Below, piece by piece: positions 1 through 7,095 of a DNA stretch of 64,000 nt. The notes below the pieces were generated by a model that saw nothing but the letters and a program-made list of their open reading frames with translations, searched no databases and was not told the origin of the DNA. The position numbers and the translations under genes are program-made. Each line of letters begins with the position of its first letter. The stretch's first letter is position 1. The stretch spans positions 1,556 to 65,555 of the forward strand of contig CAZEXA010000002.1 in assembly GCA_964516565.1 (NCBI GenBank), given 5' to 3'. This DNA is from an uncultured Eubacteriales bacterium. Lineage in GTDB: Bacteria > Bacillota > Clostridia > Oscillospirales > Acutalibacteraceae.

Positions 1-1729
1 ACGCGTCAAGCGACACAATCTGGGTAAAGCTTGAAGCCCCGGCTTTTCGCGTCACCTTAAACGACGCCTGTGCCGGACCGACCTCAAGAAGGCTGACCTT
101 CGCGTTTTTCGCGTACTCTTTAGGCGGCACGCAAAGCTCCTTGTAGGTCAGCTCCCACGCCGGCCATGCCTTGCTGCCCTTATAGTCAAATACGGCAAGA
201 CGAATCGGGTCCTTGAGTATATTTTTCTGAAGCTTTTTATCAAAAATCTCACAAATATCTCCGGAGCTGTTGAGCAGCACGCGGACAAAGTCGTTTTCCA
301 GCGTAAACCCGCCGACCTTGAGCGGCGTCTCGACGACACGCGCGGACAGGGAGGGTCTCACATCGAACACGGCATAGCCGAGGGCGGGCACGGTGCCGAT
401 GAATTTGACGCGGGTTGTATCGTCGGTTTTCAGAAGCTGCGCGGGCAGCTCTTTCCCGTCCTTGTCATACACGGCGACATGCTTTGTACCCTCGGGCAGA
501 GCAATGTCCGCATCGACGACGGCAGTACGCGCAAATTGCAAAGTATTACTGACGACGACGGGCGTTCCCTTGGCAAACGAGGTGTCCAGCTTGTCGGCAA
601 CGGCTTTCACCGCGCCGGTATACTCATTGGCAAACTGCTTTTGGGACAGCATATAATCGTTCCAGTTGCGCAGGTAGCATTCCATAAAGGACGTGCCGGT
701 GATATCGTCGTGGAACTGGTGGGCGATAAAGCGTTTCCACGCGGTATCAAAGACGAATTCGGGATATTGATAATCGGTGAGGTACGCGGCAGCCGCGGCG
801 CTTCTCTCGGCACAATCTGCCAGACGCTCGCAGTTTTTGTTCCAGCGCGTACCGCACGAACGCGACGTATAGCTGCCCACGCCGTGGTTGGTCAGGAGCA
901 GCTCGTTGTTCCACGACGGCATTTGGGACTGTATCTCTTCGGGCAGAGCGGCAAGGTCCTCAAACAACTGCGTGGAGGACGCCGAAAGCACCTCAATATC
1001 ACTGCTGTCGTTGGTCTTGATTTCGTCACAGACGGCCTTGACCGAGCTTTCACTCGGCGCGCCGCCCCTGTCGCCCGTGCCGTAAAAGGTTGCGGTCAAC
1101 GGCAGACCGAACGGTTCGTTCTCCTTGAGCTTCGGATAGACGGCTTTGTCACCGCGAATCGTCTTGACGGTGCGCGAATAGGAGGAGGGCTTGATGTTGG
1201 CGTAGATATAGTTCCCGTCAACGCCATACCATTTGCCGATGTCGAACGGACGGCCGTAGGCACCGCCCCACGTCAGCTTGCCGGTCGAGAAGCCCTTTAA
1301 GCCCGCGTGTGCGGCAATCGAGGGCAGCGCATAACCGAAGCCGAAGCAGTCCGGCAGGAAAATATCGTTGGAAGGCGTGCCGAATTTTTCATCAAAATAA
1401 CGGCTGCCGTATAAAATATTGCGGAAAAGCGCCTCAGGCGAGGGCATATTGACATCGCCGTTCTCGTAGGAGCTGCCCGTAGGCACCCAGCGGCGCGCGG
1501 CAACGTATTCCTTGAGCTTTAAAAAAGCCTCGGGATAATACTCCTCCATCAGCTCGTAACGATAGGAGCCCTCCCACCCGAACGTATAGTCGGGGTATTT
1601 CTCAAACAGCCTGAAATTGCGAAAAAGCGTGTTGGGTATATACTCGTCAATCGAAGTCTCCAGCGTCCAGAGCCACGAGGTGTCAAGGTGTGAGGCGGCA
1701 ATTGAGTAAATCTTCTTTTTAGCCGGCAT
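1..1729 (-). CDS. GH38-type alpha-mannosidase, N-terminal ~576 codons; the 3' end lies beyond the window start
   Basis: Absent from the ORF track because no stop is reached inside the window. Manual minus-strand translation from ATG 1729..1727 (SD AGGAGTG upstream) reads MPAKKKIYSIAASHLDTSWLWTLETSIDEYIPNTLFRNF...FLPDCFGFGYALPSIAAHAGLKGF...AHQFHDDITGTSF...WPAWELTYKEL and stays open to position 1. The HxD..WLW, PDCFGF and QFHDxxxGTS motifs are GH38 signatures. Confidence 0.75.
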   Translation of the reverse strand, partial: MPAKKKIYSIAASHLDTSWLWTLETSIDEYIPNTLFRNFRLFEKYPDYTFGWEGSYRYELMEEYYPEAFLKLKEYVAARRWVPTGSSYENGDVNMPSPEALFRNILYGSRYFDEKFGTPSNDIFLPDCFGFGYALPSIAAHAGLKGFSTGKLTWGGAYGRPFDIGKWYGVDGNYIYANIKPSSYSRTVKTIRGDKAVYPKLKENEPFGLPLTATFYGTGDRGGAPSESSVKAVCDEIKTNDSSDIEVLSASSTQLFEDLAALPEEIQSQMPSWNNELLLTNHGVGSYTSRSCGTRWNKNCERLADCAERSAAAAAYLTDYQYPEFVFDTAWKRFIAHQFHDDITGTSFMECYLRNWNDYMLSQKQFANEYTGAVKAVADKLDTSFAKGTPVVVSNTLQFARTAVVDADIALPEGTKHVAVYDKDGKELPAQLLKTDDTTRVKFIGTVPALGYAVFDVRPSLSARVVETPLKVGGFTLENDFVRVLLNSSGDICEIFDKKLQKNILKDPIRLAVFDYKGSKAWPAWELTYKELCVPPKEYAKNAKVSLLEVGPAQASFKVTRKAGASSFTQIVSLDA

Positions 1730-1784
1730 ATTATATCACTCCTAAAAATTTCTAAAAAAACAACCGATTGGATGAACCGAAAAA

Positions 1785-1814
1785 AGTATAGCACAGACGG
1801 TGCGCTTAAGTCAA
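1785..1814 (-). promoter_or_regulatory. Candidate sigma-A promoter for the GH38 gene
   Basis: On the minus strand: TTGACT (1814..1809), an 18-nt spacer, then TATACT (1790..1785), about 55 nt upstream of the ATG. Confidence 0.35.
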
Positions 1815-1820
1815 TAAACG

Positions 1821-1849
1821 TTGACGGATAAAATGCAGAGTGCTATACT
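1821..1849 (+). promoter_or_regulatory. Candidate sigma-A promoter for the TIM-barrel gene
   Basis: TTGACG (1821..1826), a 17-nt spacer, then TATACT (1844..1849). SD AAGGGGTG precedes ATG 1895. Confidence 0.45.
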
Positions 1850-1894
1850 GGTTTTATTAACCAATGCAAACTATTTTTAAAAAGGGGTGTTCCC

Positions 1895-2803
1895 ATGCGT
1901 TTTGCCACACAAACAGATTTCGCCGTCAGCCGGTTCGGCGAGGAAAAGGGCATTCAGCTTTTAGCTGACGCCGGTTTTGAAAACCTTGATTACAGCATGT
2001 TCATCTATGAAAACAATGAAGCGCCTTTTACGCTTCCCGATGATGAGTTTACCGCGTTTTTTCAGAAAATCGCCGCATTGATTCACAGCAAGGGTATGAC
2101 CGTTGATCAAACGCATCCGCCGTTTCCAACCTACATCGGTGATTCTGAAGATGACGAGCAGCGTCTCGTGATTCAAAAAAAAGCCATTAAAGCCACCGCC
2201 CTGCTCGGTGCCCGGTACGCCATCGTTCATCCGGCTATGGTTGCTATGCGCCGGTATGACGCGTACAAAAGCGAGATGAAAGAGATCAATATGAAGCGGT
2301 ATATGGACCTTGCGCCGACGCTTGAGGAGTACGGGGTCGTCTGCTGTATCGAAAACATGTTCGCACGCGACAGCCATACAAAAATTATTTGCCCGACAAC
2401 CTGTACGACCGCCGAGGAGATGGCTGACTATATCGACACCCTCAACAATCTTTGCGGTGCTCCCCTCTTTGCGGCCTGCCTTGACACAGGCCACGCGAGC
2501 ATCATCCACTATGACGGTTACGAAACGGTTAATCCTGTTAGTATGATTCGTATTCTCGGGGACAGACTCAAGGCGCTGCACGTGCAGGACACCGACGGCA
2601 TCGGCGACGACCATATGCCGCCGGGACTCGGTAAAAATGACTGGGACAGCATCTGTAAAGCGCTTAAGGATGTCGGTTACGACGGCATATTCACCTTAGA
2701 GGCAGACCGCCTCTGCATCCGCTGCGGCAGTGACTGCGCCCTCGAAAGCGAGCGCCTGCTGTATGCCACGGCAAAGGCGGTCGTCGACCGGAACTGGCCG
2801 TAA
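1895..2803 (+). CDS. Sugar phosphate isomerase/epimerase (xylose isomerase-like TIM barrel, AP_endonuc_2 family)
   Basis: 302 aa. Motifs: AGFENLDYSM, ARYAIVHP, CIENMF, LDTGHA, LHVQDTDG..DDHMPPGLGKNDW, GYDGIFTLE. Confidence 0.8.
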   Translation: MRFATQTDFAVSRFGEEKGIQLLADAGFENLDYSMFIYENNEAPFTLPDDEFTAFFQKIAALIHSKGMTVDQTHPPFPTYIGDSEDDEQRLVIQKKAIKATALLGARYAIVHPAMVAMRRYDAYKSEMKEINMKRYMDLAPTLEEYGVVCCIENMFARDSHTKIICPTTCTTAEEMADYIDTLNNLCGAPLFAACLDTGHASIIHYDGYETVNPVSMIRILGDRLKALHVQDTDGIGDDHMPPGLGKNDWDSICKALKDVGYDGIFTLEADRLCIRCGSDCALESERLLYATAKAVVDRNWP

Positions 2804-2858
2804 AGCCGTATCACAAAAAACCACGCTTTTTTCAGCTAAAATATGCCCAAAATGAATG

Positions 2859-2898
2859 AATCCGAGGCTCACCGTTTCGATGACCCTCGGATTTTTTT
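2859..2898. terminator. Bidirectional rho-independent terminator at the left edge of the AT-rich island
   Basis: aatccgaggctca / tgaccctcggatt forms a 13-bp stem with one mismatch and a 9-nt loop. It is followed by T7 on the + strand and preceded by an A/T-rich run that serves the minus strand. Confidence 0.6.
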
Positions 2899-2986
2899 AA
2901 CTGTTTTTTATATCCCTTTTAATTCAGTTGTGCTTCTCCAGTTTTCGAAAGAGATATAATCTATTGATACTGCGCAGGACTTTCCC

Positions 2987-3568
2987 TTATTCATTTTGCA
3001 TTTTGAATCCATAAATAATATCACTAAATCCATTAAAATCCCACGTTGCTTCCGCACAATCAATCATATCTTCAATAGTACCTTCGTATTCGTTAAAAAG
3101 CATAATACCCTCTTTGGTTTCAAACTCGTGAGTTATGGTATAACTTCCATCATCGTTTTTTATATATTCAATCGTAGATTGTTCGGATATTTCATCATTA
3201 TCTATCATTAACCCGTAAGTCGGCTCTTTGAAAACAGACGGCCATATATATAACGATATATCAGGAGTACCTGATGGTATAATTTTGCCATCGGAATCCG
3301 TTTGTACGGTAAATGTCCCCCAGTTAAGTGATATAAATCCGTTATTATGTAAAAACCCCGGCGGATAAACTTTATATGTGAATTCATCTACCTTTTTTTC
3401 GTAATTCATTTTTAAAGAAGCTGAAAAATTCATTTCTGCCCCTTGGCTATATCCGTAATATGGCGTACGACAAAAAATATCCCACCACAAACAAATAAAA
3501 AACGCGCTAGTAATTACTATTATAGCTAAAATTGTAAGCTTTTTCTCAGCTTTTATTTCTTTTCTCAT
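2987..3568 (-). CDS. Hypothetical membrane-anchored protein, paralog 2 of a tandem pair
   Basis: 193 aa. The N-terminal K-rich segment plus one TM helix (KKLTILAIIVITSAFFICLWW) precedes a ~150-aa soluble domain. It shares motif blocks with the upstream paralog, and its start overlaps that gene's stop (ATGA). Confidence 0.7.
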   Translation of the reverse strand: MRKEIKAEKKLTILAIIVITSAFFICLWWDIFCRTPYYGYSQGAEMNFSASLKMNYEKKVDEFTYKVYPPGFLHNNGFISLNWGTFTVQTDSDGKIIPSGTPDISLYIWPSVFKEPTYGLMIDNDEISEQSTIEYIKNDDGSYTITHEFETKEGIMLFNEYEGTIEDMIDCAEATWDFNGFSDIIYGFKMQNE

Positions 3569-4161
3569 TTTGTTTTTACTTTCCAGCCATTAATGATGTC
3601 GTTCATTCCGTCAAAGTCCCATGTTTCTTCCGCGCATTTAAGCATTTCTTCTATAGTGCCCTCATATTCGTTAAAAACATCAATTGTATCTTGATTATCA
3701 AAGCTATGTTCGATAATATAACTACCATCCTTATTTTTTGTGAATGTTATTATTGATTGTTCGGATATCTCCCTTTTATCAAAATCTATCATTAATCCAT
3801 ATTTTGGGTTTTTAAAAACAGAAGGCCATATGAACAATGATAAATCGGGTTCATCAGGATATATAAATTTACCTTCAGAAGCTACAGTAACAGAAAATGT
3901 TCCTGAGCGAACCGCTATAAACCCGCCGCTGCTTAAAAAGGCAGGACTATGTACCTCGCAGTTGATTTTGCCAATATCCTTTTCATACTGTTTTGTTTCA
4001 AAGGCTGTTGTTACAAGTTCAAAGCCGTCGGAATATCCCGCGTAAGGAAGATAATAAAAAAGAATCCATCGTAAACAAACTGCTAAGGCAATTACAATTA
4101 TTAAAACAGCTAAAATCGTTAATTTTTTCCAAGCATTTAAGTTTTTCAGTTTCTTTATCAT
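3565..4161 (-). CDS. Hypothetical membrane-anchored protein, paralog 1 of a tandem pair
   Basis: 198 aa with a single N-terminal TM helix (KKLTILAVLIIVIALAVCL). Shared blocks are PYxGYSxG, GTFxV, PDxSLxIWPSVFKxPxYGLMID, EISEQS, DGSYxIxHxF and FNEYEGTIExMxxCAExTWDFxG. ATGA overlaps occur at both ends. Confidence 0.7.
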   Translation of the reverse strand: MIKKLKNLNAWKKLTILAVLIIVIALAVCLRWILFYYLPYAGYSDGFELVTTAFETKQYEKDIGKINCEVHSPAFLSSGGFIAVRSGTFSVTVASEGKFIYPDEPDLSLFIWPSVFKNPKYGLMIDFDKREISEQSIITFTKNKDGSYIIEHSFDNQDTIDVFNEYEGTIEEMLKCAEETWDFDGMNDIINGWKVKTK

Positions 4162-4766
4162 AACTTAATAACCCTCCCGTTTTTAGGTATAATGTTCATA
4201 TTATGTGTAACAAGAACTACGGTTTTACCTTTTTTACTCAACTCGAGGAGCATACTTAAAACAATATTGGCGTTTTCCATATCCAAGGACCCGGTGGGTT
4301 CATCCGCTAAAATAATACTACATCTTTTAAGCATCACTCTTGCTAAGGCAACCCGTTGCTGTTCGCCGCCTGAAAGCTTAAAAACCTTTGTGTCAATTTT
4401 GTCTTTTAAGTCTACATTTGTTAAAATCTCTTCTATGGTTATATCTTCCCGGCATTTTTTTGGTATGATTTTTAGATTTTCTCTTACTGTTTTACCCTCG
4501 ATAAGGGCAAAGTTTTGAAAAAGGAAGCACACGCCGTCACTGAAATATTTTTTTTGATTTTTCTTTTTATATATATTAATATTATTCACTGTAACAAAGC
4601 CCTTGTCGGGTTTTTCCAAGCCGCCTATTATATTTAATATCGTGCTTTTGCCGCACCCGCTTTTACCTGTAAAAACAATAAACTCACCATCATTTACGGT
4701 CAGACTGTAATTTTCAAATAAGACTTTGTCATCAAATGCTTTGGTTATTTCTTTGATCTCAATCAT
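4158..4766 (-). CDS. Small ABC transporter ATP-binding protein (bacteriocin/lactococcin-972-group-like)
   Basis: 202 aa. Walker A GKSGCGKST, signature LSGGEQQR, Walker B IILADEPT, H-loop VTHN. No TMD is present. The gene overlaps the permease stop. Confidence 0.85.
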   Translation of the reverse strand: MIEIKEITKAFDDKVLFENYSLTVNDGEFIVFTGKSGCGKSTILNIIGGLEKPDKGFVTVNNINIYKKKNQKKYFSDGVCFLFQNFALIEGKTVRENLKIIPKKCREDITIEEILTNVDLKDKIDTKVFKLSGGEQQRVALARVMLKRCSIILADEPTGSLDMENANIVLSMLLELSKKGKTVVLVTHNMNIIPKNGRVIKL

Positions 4767-6715
4767 AACGCCCCTCCTTTGATTATTTTGATAACATTTC
4801 TCTTTTCAAAACGACTTATAGCCCATGCCGTTATAACGGTTTCGAGTATTAAAACAATTCCGCCGCAACCTAAGGCAACAAGTTTTAAGGAAATTTGTAA
4901 AAGAAAGAAAATAATGATTGCTGTCATTATACCTATTAAAGCGGAATACACATTGAGGAAAATCAGAGATTTGTTTTTAGAAAATATTCCGTATCCCACT
5001 ATTTTTTTAACCGCTAATTCTATAGCGTTGGCATTGTATTCGATTTTTATCAATGCGGATATTAACAAAAAATCTATGAGAAGCTGCAAAATAATCAATA
5101 TCAGGCTTAAAGAAACAATTTTTGTAAGAACCGTTTTATTGTTATTAAAAACACTCTCGGCGGAAATTACTTCAAGATTTATTTCATTTTCCTCAAGAAA
5201 AGAATGACTGTTATTCAAAAACTCTGTTTCATACATAATTTCCAAACCGTTTGACGAACTTAACAATTCCTCATCGCAACTATCAAAGCTTATGTTTTCC
5301 GTGTTACAGTAAATAAAAACAGGATTATCCGCGACGGCATACCCTAATTTAGCGTTTACCGAATCGTCTAAATCAAAGTATAACGCACGGGAGGGTTTTG
5401 AAGCGTTAAGAATTTTAAAATCAATTTTTTCAGACTTTATTCCCATTACAAGTTTGATATAAAAAGAACATGTATCCAGCAGAAATTTTTCTGTTTCCTC
5501 CTCGTTGTTACAGTTATATGGCAAAATGATTATACTTTCGCCGTTATTCACATAATCTTTAACTCCTGATTTTATTAGAACGGATAAATCATTGGTTAAA
5601 ATAAAATCTCTTTTTCCGCCCGTAAAAGGATTGTTCATTGAAAACGTAGAGGAATTTGTTTTAATGCTATCTATTAGGAGCTTATTATAATAAGGCGATA
5701 AGTCATCGTTTTCAGTAGATTTATCCTGCGACAGATGTACAAAGCATAATGCTTCATATTTTTCCACTGATTTATAGTTTATTAAAGGTTTAATATTCAC
5801 GCTTATTAAACCGACATTCACAGAAAGCAGCGTAAGCGTTAAAACCATTGACGCAACCTTTATAAGATAACAGTTTGAAACCGTAGCCTCTCCGATGTTT
5901 CCGCCATATATAATCTTTTTGTAATTGATTCTGTAAAGAGATAAATAAATAACGAAATTAAGGATGATTATTAAAGCCAAAGTTAAAATCATTGCAAAAA
6001 GATTAAAATCAGTAAAAAAGTAAAGCTTAAAAACAGCTCTCATAACAACAGCCGTCAAAGATAAAACAAGAGCGTCGATAATCGCGTTTTCTAATATAAC
6101 CCTGCGTTTTGGCATACCCAGGGATATTTTTAAGAAAATCTCTTTTTTCCTGAATTGCAGGTCCAAAGCGGAAATATAAAGATAAAAAACGCCCAACAGA
6201 GCCCAAAGGCCTGCCGAAAAAAGGAATTCTCCTTTATTATCATCCTGATGAAAATATCCCGTTGAAAATCTTTGGTTTATTTTTTTATATATTTCAATAA
6301 GCTCATAGTTTTTGCCGCCGATATAAAGCTTAATTTTTTCCATTATCGGGGCGGCGGTATTAAGATCATGAAACGAAACACTTGTTGCACCGGATAATGC
6401 ACCCTTAAAAACCCCTTGTGTTAATTGACGTTTCTCGGTTAATTCAATATAGGCGTTTTCGGTACAATAAATATCCAGATGAGTTTCGCCAAGCATATCG
6501 CAGGTTTGGTTAATAAAAAAAAACGGTTTTTTTGTTGAACGGCTGAGCTCATGAATATATGTAAAAAAATTCTCGCGGTTTTCTTCTTGAAGTGTAACAT
6601 TAACATAAGAATACTCAGCTGTAAAACCCGTTAAATGGCTTTGATACAACTCGCTGTTTAATATAAAACAAAAAATTAACAGGATGATTGTAATAAGAAT
6701 CTTGATTTTTTTCAC
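4763..6715 (-). CDS. Large polytopic ABC-associated permease (DUF1430 / bacteriocin-associated integral membrane protein-like, FtsX-type)
   Basis: 650 aa with a GTG start and SD AGAAGGAA. Layout: an N-terminal TM helix, ~150-aa loop, a TM cluster (residues ~165-310), a second ~230-aa soluble region, then a C-terminal TM cluster. Size and pairing with a ~200-aa ATPase match the DUF1430 family as I recall it. Confidence 0.65.
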   Translation of the reverse strand: MKKIKILITIILLIFCFILNSELYQSHLTGFTAEYSYVNVTLQEENRENFFTYIHELSRSTKKPFFFINQTCDMLGETHLDIYCTENAYIELTEKRQLTQGVFKGALSGATSVSFHDLNTAAPIMEKIKLYIGGKNYELIEIYKKINQRFSTGYFHQDDNKGEFLFSAGLWALLGVFYLYISALDLQFRKKEIFLKISLGMPKRRVILENAIIDALVLSLTAVVMRAVFKLYFFTDFNLFAMILTLALIIILNFVIYLSLYRINYKKIIYGGNIGEATVSNCYLIKVASMVLTLTLLSVNVGLISVNIKPLINYKSVEKYEALCFVHLSQDKSTENDDLSPYYNKLLIDSIKTNSSTFSMNNPFTGGKRDFILTNDLSVLIKSGVKDYVNNGESIIILPYNCNNEEETEKFLLDTCSFYIKLVMGIKSEKIDFKILNASKPSRALYFDLDDSVNAKLGYAVADNPVFIYCNTENISFDSCDEELLSSSNGLEIMYETEFLNNSHSFLEENEINLEVISAESVFNNNKTVLTKIVSLSLILIILQLLIDFLLISALIKIEYNANAIELAVKKIVGYGIFSKNKSLIFLNVYSALIGIMTAIIIFFLLQISLKLVALGCGGIVLILETVITAWAISRFEKRNVIKIIKGGAL

Positions 6716-6731
6716 TTTTAATTCCTTCTGA

Positions 6732-6772
6732 GAGGAAGCGGCGTCCTCCGCCGCTTCCTCCGGCGGTTTTTT
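6732..6772. other. GC-rich dual-hairpin element embedded in the AT-rich leader
   Basis: Hairpin A is gaggaagcggcg (6732-6743) paired with cgccgcttcctc (6749-6760), a 12-bp stem. Alternative hairpin B is ccgccg (6748-6753) paired with cggcgg (6761-6766), followed by TTTTTT (6767-6772) on the + strand. Confidence 0.5.
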
Positions 6773-6775
6773 AGG

Positions 6776-7000
6776 ATGGATATTCTAATTGAATGTAATA
6801 GATTACACTATCAGGACTATGATTTTTACTGCAAGTTGACTACTTTTTCTATACGTATTTACATAAAAAGTTGTAATTTAAAAATAAAAGGAAACATTTG
6901 TTATAATTTACCGCAATTTATAATATGTGTCAAGCGGTATATTTATAGAAATTGCACTAATTTCAACAGAACAAGTCTTGAAAAAAGCAAAGACAAATGA
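6776..7000 (+). CDS. Possible small Cys-rich basic protein (74 aa); coding status uncertain
   Basis: An uninterrupted 74-codon ORF in ~25% G+C DNA, where stop codons should be frequent. It has six Cys residues. No convincing SD or promoter was found, and it overlaps the predicted minus-strand promoter. Confidence 0.2.
   Translation: MDILIECNRLHYQDYDFYCKLTTFSIRIYIKSCNLKIKGNICYNLPQFIICVKRYIYRNCTNFNRTSLEKSKDK
6905..6933 (-). promoter_or_regulatory. Candidate sigma-A promoter for the island operon
   Basis: On the minus strand: TTGACA (6933..6928), a 17-nt spacer, then TAAATT (6910..6905), about 190 nt upstream of GTG 6715. Confidence 0.3.
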
Positions 7001-7095
7001 CCGTTAAGCCATTTGCCTTTCAATTTACTCGTCTCTCACTTCTACGTCATCAAGCTCTTTTGTGCTTAAAAACGACATTATTAAGCTTATTTGCT

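Larger units (their letters stand above)
2899..7095. other. Compositionally foreign AT-rich island (probable horizontal acquisition)
   Basis: Spot counts of 60-nt lines give 35% (4801-4860) and 23% (5401-5460) G+C inside, versus 57% in clpE (8001-8060). The composition changes abruptly at the 2859-2898 terminator and at the clpE stop (7096). Confidence 0.8.

Noticed and set aside
479-1300. A 273-aa + strand ORF, the longest track entry in the first 1.7 kb.
   Set aside because: It lies antisense to the motif-supported GH38 frame. Its R/G/A/V-rich composition shows no recognisable motifs and it has no SD. It is a typical shadow ORF of GC-rich coding DNA.
1961-2614. A 217-aa minus-strand ORF inside the TIM-barrel gene.
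   Set aside because: It is antisense to a gene with clear family motifs and has no motifs of its own.
2941-6830. Possible att-like repeats flanking the AT-rich island. TAATCTATT occurs near 2958 and in inverted form near 6797, and CAGGACT occurs near 2974 and 6812.
   Set aside because: Matches of 7-9 nt in AT-rich DNA are expected by chance. No integrase or recombinase is present to support a site-specific insertion.
7064-7086. The GCTTAA-n11-TTAAGC hairpin just downstream of the clpE stop, considered as a terminator.
   Set aside because: The 6-bp AT-rich stem is weak and there is no U-tract on the minus strand.
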